Assembly (NCBI GenBank): GCA_039795775.1
Contig: JBDKLC010000005.1
Coordinates: forward strand, 89,905-153,904
Reading direction: 5' to 3'
Length of the DNA stretch: 64,000 bases
Source of the DNA: Candidatus Parcubacteria bacterium
Lineage (GTDB): Bacteria; Patescibacteriota; Minisyncoccia; Phycocordibacterales; CAIZLB01
The position numbers and the translations under genes were made by a program. Of this stretch, positions 18,694 to 30,100 are shown piece after piece. Within the stretch, counting starts at the first letter, position 1. Every line of letters starts with the position of its first letter. The notes under the pieces are model-generated. The model ran no database searches, was not told where the DNA came from, and was given only the letters and a program-made list of their open reading frames with translations.

Positions 18694-19857
18694 ATGATTA
18701 CATTATTTAGAATTTTAGTTCTGGTCGGATTGGCTTACCCGATATTTCTTATCATTGGCTACGGGATAATTTGGGATCACAAGTATTTCGAGTCACTTTT
18801 CGCACTAGTACTGATAGCTATTTACTACAGTACGTTTTATTTTCCACAAAAATCAGTTATATGGAAAGCAGTAAATATAACAATATTTACTGCTGAATTT
18901 GTTTGGCTAGTTCATAGATTGTTTTTTTACGCAAAAGAGTATGCTGTTAGTGGTTATGCTAATGAAGAAAGTACTTTAGTATATATACTAATTTTTGCTT
19001 CGCTGTGTCGAGTTGTATTGGCCACACAAGATAGTTATAAAAAGTATAGTAAGTATTTTTCAGTGATACTTTGCTTGTGTATATACAGTGTAAGTGCAGC
19101 AATAGGCTTTTATATTGGAAGTAAGGTTTTACATACTCCAGCTCAAACCTACTATTATCCTTGTGGTTTTTCTTTAAATCATAGCCCGCTAGTCCCTGAC
19201 TCTGGAGGTATGTTTGCTAATGATTCTCACGGTTGGGAGCAAGAAGTAAGATCAACCAGTACTAGTATTTTTGATAGAAGAGACTACAACGAATTTGTAC
19301 TAGAGAAAGTGCTTGTTAAAAATAAATGTTCAAATGAATCAAATCCAATAAACGTCGGTCAATATAATCAGTTACTTATGTATCCGACTCTTAGTATTAC
19401 AACCTACTTTGATAAAGAAGGAAGTGATACTGATGTTAAAGATTGGTTTACTAATACATGGTTAGATATAGATAATCCTTTTACTACCGACTACTTTTTT
19501 GTAGATGAAAAGTTTAATTCTATGTTGAATGAACACGTCAATCTTTACGAAGATCGTATTTTAAATAAAGATTCAAAGAAGTTAGTTCAACCCATACTTG
19601 AAAGTATGATGTTAAAAGCAAAACGTATTTCAATAAATGACTATCCAGCTTTAGTTGTAGACAACACTTCAGAATATTATTTAGAAAAAGTATATTTTCT
19701 GAGCAGCAAAAAAGGACAATTTGCAGCAATAAGATGTACGTATGCTTTTGACTCTGTTGAGGATCAGCAACTGAACACAGACCTCTGTGAAAAAGCACTT
19801 TCATCTTTCAACATGTATGAACTTTCTGAAGACATCAGAAGATATATAACTAATTAG
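18694..19857 (+). CDS. Hypothetical membrane protein (about 5 TM helices plus soluble C-terminal domain)
   Basis: 387-aa AT-rich ORF with a hydrophobic N-terminal third. Confidence 0.7.
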   Translation: MITLFRILVLVGLAYPIFLIIGYGIIWDHKYFESLFALVLIAIYYSTFYFPQKSVIWKAVNITIFTAEFVWLVHRLFFYAKEYAVSGYANEESTLVYILIFASLCRVVLATQDSYKKYSKYFSVILCLCIYSVSAAIGFYIGSKVLHTPAQTYYYPCGFSLNHSPLVPDSGGMFANDSHGWEQEVRSTSTSIFDRRDYNEFVLEKVLVKNKCSNESNPINVGQYNQLLMYPTLSITTYFDKEGSDTDVKDWFTNTWLDIDNPFTTDYFFVDEKFNSMLNEHVNLYEDRILNKDSKKLVQPILESMMLKAKRISINDYPALVVDNTSEYYLEKVYFLSSKKGQFAAIRCTYAFDSVEDQQLNTDLCEKALSSFNMYELSEDIRRYITN

Positions 19858-19869
19858 GAATGATGTATT

Positions 19870-21855
19870 TTATTGAGCTTGGTCTATGATAACGAAGTCG
19901 AGCATTCTGTTTTCGAGGTCTGCACCGAGGAGTTTTACTCGGATAGGATCGCCGAGATGGAATTCTCGTTTAGTTTTCTGACCTACAACTTTGTAGTTCT
20001 TTTGGTCTACTTCATAGAAGTCACCAGGAAGATCTCGAAGTCGAATAAGACCTTCTGCTTTTGCCTCAGGCTCTTCAACGTAGATACCCCAGTCAGCAAT
20101 ACCAGAGATAACAGCATCAAACTCCTGACCAATCTTGTCCTGCATGTATTCCACTTGCTTGTATTTGATAGAAGCTCGTTCAGCATCGGCTGCTTCGATT
20201 TCTCGTCGTGAAGACTGTTCACAAATCTTTTCGAGAGTTGCCACAAACTGCTGAGCAACAACTTTTCCTTGGAGGAGTTGTCCGAGGATTCGGTGCACCA
20301 TGAGGTCTGGATATCGTCGGATAGGTGATGTGAAGTGTGTGTAATATTCGAAAGCGAGACCGAAGTGGCCTACGTTCTTTGTAGAGTAGAGGGCTTTTGC
20401 CATAGATCGAAGAGTAGCTGTCTTGATAGCTGTTTCAGCACTGTTGCCAATGACATCTTGAAGAAGTTTTTGCACTTCTTTTGGCGTAATCTTTTTACTT
20501 GGATTGAATTCGATACCCATGGCCTTCACAAACACAGCGAGCTCATGAAGCTTTTCGTGGTTTGGAAGGTCATGCACTCGGTATACACCGGCAAGAGGAG
20601 TATTCGACTGCTTGTTTTTGTCATACACATATTTTGCTACTTCTTGGTTGGCAAGAAGCATAAATTCTTCGACGAGTTTGTGTGTGTCGAGTCGTTCTTT
20701 CTTGTATACAGCAATAGGCTTGCCGTTTTCATCAAGTTTGAATTTGATTTCAGTTGAGTCGAAGTCGATAGAGCCCTTGTTCTTTCGTCGTCGCTGGAAA
20801 ATCTTTGCGATCTGATTGAATTCGTTGAGTTCTTTGAAATATTCACCAGTACCTGCATCAAGTACTTCTTGTGCGTTTTCGTAAGTGAATCGTTTGTCAG
20901 AATAAATAACAGTCTGCCCAAACCATCGGTCGTGAATTTCACCATTTCGGTTCATCTTAAACACAGCTGAGAAAGCGAATCGGTCTTCGTGTGGGTTCAA
21001 ACTACATACATCTGTAGAGAGAATAGAAGGGAGCATCGGCACTGTTCGGTCTACGAGATAGACAGATGTCGCTCGTCGTCGAGCTTCATCGTCGAGAGGT
21101 GTACCTTCTCTTACGAAATGAGATACGTCAGCAATATGCACGCCAATTTCTAAGAGTGCATTACCATGCTGATCTTTTTCATCGAGTTCTCGAAGTGAAA
21201 GCGCATCATCGAAGTCCTTTGCATCAAATGGGTCGATAGTACATGTAAATACTTTTCGGAAATCTCGTCGTTTTGCTACTTCTTCGTCAGTGATAGGAGC
21301 ATAGAGTCGTCGTGATTCTTCAGCACTATCGATGACATCTTGAGTAAATGTAGTATCAAATCCTCGTTCGATAACAATAGACTCCATTTCTACGTTGTTG
21401 TTTCCTTTTTCACCAATTACTTTAACGAGTGTACCTGGTGCAATTCTACCTTCTGTCCATGCATCGAATGATACTTGTGCGACTGCTTTTAGACCTTCTT
21501 TGAGGCTGGCATCAGCGGGGAGGTTCTTAATCCAGATAGCAATGTGAGCTCGGCGGTCATCAGGTTCAAGGAAAAATTCACCGACGTTTTTTACGCCGGC
21601 CATTACTGTACCTACAAACTGTATTTTCTTTCGTTCGAGCACACGTACTACTTTTCCTTGTATAGCACCTTTATAGCCACTATATGTCTCTACTTCTACA
21701 GTATCTCCATGGAGGGCGAGACCAATATCATCTGGTTCGATAGAAATGTCTTCTTCTGAATGTTCAACATTGAGAAAACCTTTTCCTTTTGAGTTAAGAC
21801 TGATAATGCCTGTTTCAATATTAGTTTTTTTATCTTTATTTGAGATTTCGTTCAT
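19870..21855 (-). CDS. rnr: Ribonuclease R
   Basis: TIDPFDAKDFDDA, HIADVS, YTHFTSPIRRYPD, C-terminal S1 domain. Confidence 0.95.
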   Translation of the reverse strand: MNEISNKDKKTNIETGIISLNSKGKGFLNVEHSEEDISIEPDDIGLALHGDTVEVETYSGYKGAIQGKVVRVLERKKIQFVGTVMAGVKNVGEFFLEPDDRRAHIAIWIKNLPADASLKEGLKAVAQVSFDAWTEGRIAPGTLVKVIGEKGNNNVEMESIVIERGFDTTFTQDVIDSAEESRRLYAPITDEEVAKRRDFRKVFTCTIDPFDAKDFDDALSLRELDEKDQHGNALLEIGVHIADVSHFVREGTPLDDEARRRATSVYLVDRTVPMLPSILSTDVCSLNPHEDRFAFSAVFKMNRNGEIHDRWFGQTVIYSDKRFTYENAQEVLDAGTGEYFKELNEFNQIAKIFQRRRKNKGSIDFDSTEIKFKLDENGKPIAVYKKERLDTHKLVEEFMLLANQEVAKYVYDKNKQSNTPLAGVYRVHDLPNHEKLHELAVFVKAMGIEFNPSKKITPKEVQKLLQDVIGNSAETAIKTATLRSMAKALYSTKNVGHFGLAFEYYTHFTSPIRRYPDLMVHRILGQLLQGKVVAQQFVATLEKICEQSSRREIEAADAERASIKYKQVEYMQDKIGQEFDAVISGIADWGIYVEEPEAKAEGLIRLRDLPGDFYEVDQKNYKVVGQKTKREFHLGDPIRVKLLGADLENRMLDFVIIDQAQ

Positions 21856-22057
21856 GTTCAATATGCTAACAGAAATAGCTCAAATAACAACTCGAAGGCA
21901 CGTAAATAAGCCATTTTTTGTCATTTAAGAGGCTATTTGAAGGGAAGTGCTGTGAATGAGCACTATCTCTAAAAGAGGGCCGTTAGCTGCCTTTCAGGGC
22001 TCTTGTTGGGCATATTGTTGACTCTTGAGGCTCTATCTGTTAGTATTTTGCCTACAT

Positions 22058-22372
22058 ATGTTAAAGATACGACTACAACGAATTGGCCGAAAGAACGAAC
22101 CGTCTTTTCGACTTGTTTTGACAGAATCTAAGAGTGCTACAAAAAAGAAAGCCATTGAAGTACTTGGTTCACACGATTTCCGAAAGGATGGAACAATCCT
22201 CAAGGCTGATCGAATTAAACACTGGATTTCTATGGGTGCTCAGGTTTCTGACACAGCTCATAACCTCCTTGTTTCAAACAAAATCATTACAGGCAAAAAG
22301 AAGAACGTATTGCCAAAGAAGACAGTTGCAGCAAAACCAGAAGAAGCAGCAGCCGCTCCAGCACAGGCTTAA
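22058..22372 (+). CDS. rpsP: 30S ribosomal protein S16
   Basis: MLKIRLQRIGRKNEPSFRLV...GAQVSDT; ATG at 22058. Confidence 0.95.
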   Translation: MLKIRLQRIGRKNEPSFRLVLTESKSATKKKAIEVLGSHDFRKDGTILKADRIKHWISMGAQVSDTAHNLLVSNKIITGKKKNVLPKKTVAAKPEEAAAAPAQA

Positions 22373-22515
22373 ATCTCCTTAACACATTGAGACACTCTCT
22401 TTGTGTAATTTAGCTCACCTCGTAACGTTATAGAGAAAGTAGGTATAACAGCATTGACCCAAGTGGAGGTTCTTATATAATTTATTAGGTATAATCATTA
22501 ATAACCGAAAAACGT

Positions 22516-22833
22516 ATGAATGAAAGAGACGCACAGTTTTTAGAGTATGTAGTGAAGGCGCTCGTTGATAATCCCGATGCTGTAAAAATCAGTAGAACAG
22601 TGGATGAAATGGGTGTGCTTCTCACTCTTATCGTTGACCCAGCAGATATGGGCAAGATAATCGGCCGATCAGGAAACACAGCAAAAGCAATTCGAACACT
22701 TCTTCGAGTGGTAGGAATGAAGAATAATGCACGAGTAAACCTTAAGATTAATGAACCCGAAGGCGGACTTCCACGAAAGGAAGGAAGTATGAAGTCAGTA
22801 GATGAGGCAATGGCAGATCTCAATATTGAATAA
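22516..22833 (+). CDS. khpA: KH-domain RNA-binding protein KhpA
   Basis: LVDNPD...DMGKIIGRSGNTAKAIR; usual position after rpsP. Confidence 0.9.
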   Translation: MNERDAQFLEYVVKALVDNPDAVKISRTVDEMGVLLTLIVDPADMGKIIGRSGNTAKAIRTLLRVVGMKNNARVNLKINEPEGGLPRKEGSMKSVDEAMADLNIE

Positions 22834-22851
22834 TCAAATCTAGTGTCAGAA

Positions 22852-22882
22852 AGCAATACCCCGAAAGGGGTATTGTTATTTT
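22852..22882 (+). terminator. Intrinsic terminator
   Basis: AGCAATACCCC-GAAA-GGGGTATTGTT followed by ATTTT. Confidence 0.8.
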
Positions 22883-22959
22883 ACAAAACTATTGTATAGT
22901 ACAAGTGCCCAAATACATTCTCAGTCAGGATACTATCTTATTCTTATTTGATTTAGACG

Positions 22960-23706
22960 ATGAAAACTAAAAAGCCAACACAGGCACCACTCACATTTCA
23001 TATCATCTCTCTTTTTCCAGAGAGCTTTTCTTCGTATCTCGGTGAATCAATTCTCGCTCGTGCACAGAAAGAAAAGAAGATTGCCGTGAAGTTCTATAAC
23101 CCACGTGATTTTTCAAAACCAACTGGTGCACAAAAACTAAAAGAACGACCATACTTGCGTGTGGATGACAAACCATACGGTGGTGGTCCGGGCATGGTGA
23201 TGCAAGCTCTTCCATTGGCGAAAGCGATTGATAAAGCCTTGAGTGGTGCTCAAAAAAAGAAGACATTTACAAAAGCTCAGATTGTTTTTTTGTCTCCAAC
23301 CGGTACTCAGTTTACAAATGACCTCGCCACTGAAGCTGCCCATACATATTCAGATATCATTTTTCTTTGTGGAAGATACGAGGGGATTGATGCCCGTGTA
23401 AAAAGTATGTTCAAGATGGATGAAGTATCTGTAGGTCCATTTGTTACTACAGGAGGGGAGTTGCCAGCTATGATTATGATCGATGCCATCTCTCGTCAGA
23501 TTCCAGGAGTACTCGGCAACTTTTCAAGTCGGGAAGAATCACGTATCTCATCAAGTGACGTCTATACACGACCTGCCGTCGTTGAATTTAAAAAGAAAAC
23601 GTACGCAGTGCCAGAAGTGCTTCTTTCAGGCCACCATGCGGTCATTGATTCATGGAAGGAAGAAAAGAAATCTGTCAAAGGGACAAAACGTCAGACAATA
23701 AAATAA
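22960..23706 (+). CDS. trmD: tRNA (guanine37-N1)-methyltransferase
   Basis: VDDKPYGGGPGMVM, CGRYEGID, GGELPA, YTRP, VPEVLLSGHH. Confidence 0.96.
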   Translation: MKTKKPTQAPLTFHIISLFPESFSSYLGESILARAQKEKKIAVKFYNPRDFSKPTGAQKLKERPYLRVDDKPYGGGPGMVMQALPLAKAIDKALSGAQKKKTFTKAQIVFLSPTGTQFTNDLATEAAHTYSDIIFLCGRYEGIDARVKSMFKMDEVSVGPFVTTGGELPAMIMIDAISRQIPGVLGNFSSREESRISSSDVYTRPAVVEFKKKTYAVPEVLLSGHHAVIDSWKEEKKSVKGTKRQTIK

Positions 23707-23755
23707 GGGCTCAGACTAGGGTTGATTTCAATAAAGGAATGTCAACAGGGTTAAT

Positions 23756-23784
23756 TTGACACCTGTGGATAATTCGTTTACTAT
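23756..23784 (+). promoter_or_regulatory. rpoBC promoter with a consensus DnaA box in its spacer
   Basis: TTGACA-17-TACTAT; TGTGGATAA (reverse complement of TTATCCACA) at 23764-23772. Confidence 0.65.
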
Positions 23785-23984
23785 GTGGTTCTGCGATAAC
23801 GATTGAGTTTATGGCTGACTCATCGCGGAATTTCTCATCTTTGATCTTTGGTTACCCGCCAAAGACCAATACCCGGGTAAGCTACAGATAGCCTTTTACA
23901 ACCTTAGAAATAAGGACGGGCATCTGTCGGCTTCACAATTGAATGATTATAAATTTATAAGTGTATTAAGACGCACCCAGCATT

Positions 23985-26900
23985 ATGATGCGCCCAAAAA
24001 AAACGTTTTCGCGATTCAAGGAGCCGCTCGCGCCGCTTCCAAACTTGGTAGAAGGTCAGTTACTTTCATATAAATGGTTACTAGAACAAGGTATTAATGA
24101 TGTCTTTAAGGAATTTGCAGCCGTTACAGACTATTCAGGCAAAAAATTTGAACTTGAATTCGTAAGCTTCCAGCTCGACAAGTCAAAGCACGACGAGTAT
24201 TACGCAAAAGAAAATAAGATGAACTTCGAAGCACCTCTCAAGGTGATGGTTCGTCTTAAGAATAAAATTATGGGCAGTGTGAAGGAACAAGAAATCTTCA
24301 TGGCCGATTTCCCTTTGATGACAGATCATGGGACTTTTATCATTAACGGTATCGAACGACTTATCGTTCCTCAGCTCGCACGATCATACGGTGTATTCTT
24401 TACAGCGTCTGAAACAAAGGGCCGAAATTACTTTGGAGCAAAAATCATTCCAGCACGAGGTGCATGGATTGAACTCGAAAGTGATGCTGATGGTGCTATA
24501 TATGTACGAATCGATCGAAAGCGAAAATTCGCTGTTTCATCTCTCCTCCGGGTATTCGGTACTACAACTGATTCAGAAATCAAGGCTCTTTTCAAAGATA
24601 ATGAAGAAGCTAAGATGTGGATCGACACAACTCTTGCAAAAGACCACGCGAAGACAGTAGAAGATTCATATATTGAAATCTACAAACGACTTCGAGATGG
24701 TGACCTTGCTACAGCTGAAAACGCAAAAGAAGAAGTAGACAAACTCATGAGTAAGGATCGATATGACCTTTCAAAGGTAGGACGATTCCGATTCAATCAG
24801 CGATTTGAAAAGGGTATGGACGAACAAGATCTCGTTCGAATGACTCTATCTATTGATGACCTCAAGACTATTATTGAACACATCATCAAGCTCAATAATC
24901 ACCCAGAAGCTCTTATCGACGACGTTGACCACATGGGTTCACGACGAGTGAAGTATGTAGGTGAACTTCTTCAGCAGAAGATTCGACTTGGTATGACTCA
25001 GATCCGACGAAACATTCAGAACCGAATGTCTACTATCGATACTGATGCAACTCTCCCTGTACAGTTCATTGTTCCTCGACCTCTCCAGGCTCGAATCAAA
25101 GAATTCTTTACAACAAACCAGTTGTCACAGTTCATGAGTCAGGAAAACATCTTGGCTGAAATCGAACATCTTCGAACAATTACAGCTCTTGGTTCTGGAG
25201 GTCTTACACGAGAACGAGCTGGTATTGAAGTTCGAGACGTTCACCCTTCACACTACGGCCGAGCTTGTCCTATTCACACACCAGAAGGTCAAAACATTGG
25301 TCTCGTACTTCACCTTGCGACATACGCTCGAATCAACCACTTCGGTATGATCGAAACTCCGTATGCAAAAGTGAAGAACGGAAAGATCACAAAAGAAATC
25401 GTATATTTGAACGCACTCGAAGAAGAAGGCTTCAAAATTGCGCACGCTGCGACTCCTTATGATGCAGACGGAAAGATTTCTGAAAAACAGGTAGAAGTTC
25501 GAATCAAAGGACGACCAGTACTTGTACCACTCGAAGAAGTAGACTACATCGACGTTGCTACAGAACAGGCGTTCTCTATTTCAACATCTATGATTCCGTT
25601 CTTGAACCACGACGATGCCAACCGAGCGCTCATGGGATCAAACATGCAGAAGCAGGCTACACCTTGTATCATTCCTGAAGCTCCATTTGTTGCTACAGGT
25701 ATTGAAGAAAAGGCGGCTCAAGATACAGGGCGAATCATCATTGCTCCTGAAGACGGTACTATCGTTGCAGTAGATGCACGAGAAATCACTCTTAAGGGTA
25801 AGAAGGATCACAAGTTCCGACTCGTTAGTTTCAATAGAACAAACCAATTTACTGCATTCCATCAGCGACCTCTCGTTGAATTGAATCAGAAAGTAAAACG
25901 AGGTGATGTTCTCGCGGACACATCTACATCTGAAAACGGTCAGATGGCTCTTGGACAGAACGTTCTTGTAGCATTCATGACTTGGTCAGGTGCAAACTAT
26001 GAAGATGCCATCATCGTATCTGAACGACTTGTAAAAGAATCTAAATTTACATCAATCCACATCGAAGAAATCGTTGTGAATGTTCGAGATACAAAACTAG
26101 GGCCTGAAGTTACAACTCACGACATTCCAAACGTTGGTGAAAACCGACTCAAGAATCTCGACGTAGACGGTATCGTTCGAGTAGGTGCTGAAGTACGACC
26201 TGGCGATATTCTCGTAGGTAAAATTACTCCAAAATCTGAAACTCAGCTCACTCCAGAAGAACGACTTCTCCGATCTATCTTCGGTGAAAAATCACGAGAT
26301 GTAAAAGATACATCAAAGCGACTCGAAAACGGTAAACGAGGACGAGTTATTGGTGTAAAAATCTTCTCACGAGAAAAGGGTGACAAACTCGAATCTGGAA
26401 TCATCAAACGAATCCACATCGAAGTTGCACTTCTCCGAAATCTTTCAGTGGGTGACAAACTTGCTGGACGACACGGTAACAAGGGTGTTATCTCACGAGT
26501 ACTCCCAGTAGAAGATATGCCATACATGGCTGACGGAACACCTATCGACGTGATCCTTACACCTCTTGGTGTACCATCTCGAATGAACCTCGGTCAGATT
26601 CTCGAACTCCACCTCGGTCTCGCAGCTTCAAAGCTCGGCTACCAGGCGATTGTTCCTCCATTTACAGGTGCAACAGCTGAAGAAGTAAAAGCTGAACTTG
26701 TAAAAGCAGGCTTCAACGAAAACGGAAAGATGAAACTCTTCGACGGACGAACGGGTGAACAATACAACCAGGACATTGCGGTTGGATACATGTACATCTT
26801 GAAACTTCACCACATGGTTGAAGACAAGATCCACATGCGATCAATTGGTCCGTACTCTCTCATTACACAGCAGCCACTTGGAGGTAAAGCTCAAGGTGGA

Positions 26901-27176
26901 GGTCAGCGATTTGGAGAGATGGAAGTATGGGCGCTTGCAGGTTACGGAGCAGCTCATGCACTTCGAGAAATGCTTACAATCAAGTCTGACGATATCCAAG
27001 GTCGGTCTCAGGCATTCGATTCAATTGTAAAGGGTGAAAAACTCCTCGAACCAGGAACACCAGCATCATTCAACGTACTTCTTTCAAACCTCCGAGGTCT
27101 CGGCATCGACGTAGAACTCAACAAAGAAGGACAGGTAGCAGATGCGTCTGAACTTACAACTGAAGAAGCAAAATAA
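23985..27176 (+). CDS. rpoB: DNA-directed RNA polymerase beta subunit
   Basis: HYGR.CPI.TPEGQNIGL, GDKLAGRHGNKG, GGQRFGEME. Confidence 0.98.
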   Translation: MMRPKKTFSRFKEPLAPLPNLVEGQLLSYKWLLEQGINDVFKEFAAVTDYSGKKFELEFVSFQLDKSKHDEYYAKENKMNFEAPLKVMVRLKNKIMGSVKEQEIFMADFPLMTDHGTFIINGIERLIVPQLARSYGVFFTASETKGRNYFGAKIIPARGAWIELESDADGAIYVRIDRKRKFAVSSLLRVFGTTTDSEIKALFKDNEEAKMWIDTTLAKDHAKTVEDSYIEIYKRLRDGDLATAENAKEEVDKLMSKDRYDLSKVGRFRFNQRFEKGMDEQDLVRMTLSIDDLKTIIEHIIKLNNHPEALIDDVDHMGSRRVKYVGELLQQKIRLGMTQIRRNIQNRMSTIDTDATLPVQFIVPRPLQARIKEFFTTNQLSQFMSQENILAEIEHLRTITALGSGGLTRERAGIEVRDVHPSHYGRACPIHTPEGQNIGLVLHLATYARINHFGMIETPYAKVKNGKITKEIVYLNALEEEGFKIAHAATPYDADGKISEKQVEVRIKGRPVLVPLEEVDYIDVATEQAFSISTSMIPFLNHDDANRALMGSNMQKQATPCIIPEAPFVATGIEEKAAQDTGRIIIAPEDGTIVAVDAREITLKGKKDHKFRLVSFNRTNQFTAFHQRPLVELNQKVKRGDVLADTSTSENGQMALGQNVLVAFMTWSGANYEDAIIVSERLVKESKFTSIHIEEIVVNVRDTKLGPEVTTHDIPNVGENRLKNLDVDGIVRVGAEVRPGDILVGKITPKSETQLTPEERLLRSIFGEKSRDVKDTSKRLENGKRGRVIGVKIFSREKGDKLESGIIKRIHIEVALLRNLSVGDKLAGRHGNKGVISRVLPVEDMPYMADGTPIDVILTPLGVPSRMNLGQILELHLGLAASKLGYQAIVPPFTGATAEEVKAELVKAGFNENGKMKLFDGRTGEQYNQDIAVGYMYILKLHHMVEDKIHMRSIGPYSLITQQPLGGKAQGGGQRFGEMEVWALAGYGAAHALREMLTIKSDDIQGRSQAFDSIVKGEKLLEPGTPASFNVLLSNLRGLGIDVELNKEGQVADASELTTEEAK

Positions 27177-27195
27177 TTAATTGAGTACAAAATAT

Positions 27196-30100
27196 ATGAA
27201 AACAAATCTCAACGTAAAAGGTAAACACTCAACAATCGATGATTTCGATGCTGTAGTGCTTAAGATTGCTTCTCCAGAAAAGATCCGAGAATGGTCATTT
27301 GGTGAAGTACGAAAGCCAGAGACAATGAACTACCGAACTCAGCGAAGTGAAAAGGATGGTCTCTTCGATGAAAAGATTTTCGGTCCAGAAAAAGACTACG
27401 AATGTTATTGCGGTAAATACAAAGGTATTCGATACAAGGGTATTGTCTGCGAACGATGTGGAGTTGAACTCACACGAGCTATTGTTCGACGAGAACGAAT
27501 GGGGCACATTGAACTTTCTGTTCCTGTAGCGCACATTTGGTACCTCCGAACACTTCCATCTCGAATCGCACAGATTCTTGGTATGAGTGCTGCAGATGTA
27601 GAGCGAGTAATTTACTTCGCTGGATATCTCATCACAACAGTAAACGAAGGTGAACGAGAAAAACTTCTCAAAGAACTTGATTCTGAATATAAGAACAAGG
27701 TGAAGTCTCTTCAGGACGAAAAGACTCGTGAAGCGATCTCAGAACTTTTGCTTTCAGCTAAACGAGAAATTGAATCAATCCAAATTGGTCGAGTACTCGA
27801 TGAAGTTGAATATCACAAATTCTCTCTCAAATACGGAACATGTTTCGAAGCTGGCATTGGTGCTGAAGCTGTATTCAATATTTTCAAAAATCTTGATACC
27901 GCAAAACTCCTTGAAACTCTTCAGGGTGATGTAGGTAAAGTGAATGCAGCTGATCGAGAAAAACTCTTCCGACGAATCAGTCTCATCAAATCAATGAACG
28001 GCGCAAACATCCGACCAGAATGGATGTTCATCACAGCTCTTCCAGTTATTCCAGCAGCTCTCCGACCTATGGTAGCTCTTGAAGGTGGACGACATGCGAC
28101 TTCAGACGTGAACGACCTCTACCGACGAGTAATCAACCGAAACAACCGATTGAAGAAACTCAAAGAAATTCACGCTCCAGACGTTATTCTCCGAAACGAA
28201 AAACGAATTCTTCAAGAAGCTGTAGATGCCCTCATCGACAACTCAATCCGACACGGTAGTACTGTATACGCTGGTCTCAACCAGGCTCAGCGACGAGCTC
28301 TCAAATCTCTTGCGGACAACCTCAAGGGTAAGCGAGGTCTCTTCCGACAGAACCTCTTGGGTAAGCGAGTAGACTACTCAGGACGATCAGTAATCGTAGT
28401 AGGTCCAGATCTTAAGTTGAACCAGTGTGGTCTTCCAAAACACATGGCTCTTGAACTTTTCCGACCATTCGTTATTTCTGAACTCTTGAAACGAGAACTT
28501 GCATTCAACATTCGAGGCGCATCACGACTTATCGATGATGGAGCTGCAGAAGTATGGGCAATCCTCGAACAAGTAATTCAGCACAAATACGTTCTCTTGA
28601 ACCGAGCGCCAACTCTTCACCGACTTTCTATCCAGGCCTTCAAGCCAATTCTTATCGAAGGTAACGCGATCCAAATTCACCCTCTCGTATGTAGTCCATT
28701 CAACGCGGACTTCGACGGTGACACTATGGCCGTACACGTACCACTTTCAGAAGAAGCTCAGAAAGAAGCTGCAGAAATCATGTCTTCAGACAAGAACATT
28801 CTCAAACCAGGTACAGGTGAACTTACAGTAGCCAACAAGATGCTCGACATCGTACTCGGTGCATACTGGATGACAAAGACAGAAAAGGGTGAAAAGGGTG
28901 AAGGTAAAATCTTCGCATCACCAGATGAAGCTATCCGAGCTCAAAACTTTGATCAGATTTCATTCCGAGCGGCTATCAAGGTTCTCGCACCTGAAACTCC
29001 TAAGTATGGAGAACTTGGTGGAACAGTATTCGAAACAACAGTTGGACGAATTCTCTTCAACAACGTACTCCCAGAAAACTACGCATTCATTAACAAAGAA
29101 ATCAACAAGGCGGGAATGAATGCCATCATTGATGACATCATCACTCACCACGGTCTCGAAAATGCTCCAAAGCTCATCGACGATCTTAAGAAGTTCGGTT
29201 TCAACTATGTAACACAGTCAGGTGTAACATGGAGTATTGATGACGCGAAGATTCCAGAGAAGAAACAAGAAGTAGTAGGCGCTGCATCTAAGCGAGCTGC
29301 TGATGTAATGGCTCAGTACAATGAAGGTCTCCTTTCAGAAGAAGAAAAGACTCGAAAGATTATTGAAATCTGGCAGTCAACACGAGGTGAAGTTGAAAAA
29401 CTCATCGGTGCTGAACTCAAGTCAGGTCCAGTACATGACATGGTACTCTCAGGTGCTCGAGGTTCCCTCGGTAACCTTACACAGATGGTAGGTATGAAGG
29501 GTCTCATCACAAACACACAAGGTGAAACTATCGACTTCCCAATTCTTTCATCATTCAAAGAAGGTCTTACACCTATTGAATACTTCATTACAACTCACGG
29601 TGCACGAAAGGGTATGACCGATACCGCCCTCAACACAGCGCGAGCCGGTTACCTCACACGACGACTCTTCGTAGTTGCTCAGTCAGTAATGATTACTGAA
29701 GAAGATTGCGGTACAACAAAGGGTATTCCAATTCAGAAGATTGGTGCATCTGGTATCGAAACTTCATACGTAAAATCTGTTACAGGACGAGTACTTGCTA
29801 AGGATGTTGTAAATGCAGCAGGAGAAGTTCTCTTCAAGAAAAATCACCTTGTTATCAAGGACGATGCTGCGAAGATTGAAAAATCTAATGTACAGGAAGT
29901 ATGGGTGCGATCACCACTTACTTGTGAGACAGCAATCGGTATCTGTACACAGTGTTACGGATATGACCTTGGACGAAACAAACTCGTAGAAGTGGGTGAA
30001 GCCGTTGGAACAATTGCCGCTCAGGCCATTGGTGAACCAGGTACACAGCTTACTATGCGAACCTTCCACGCCGGAGGTGTGGCGACAGTAGGTGGAGACA

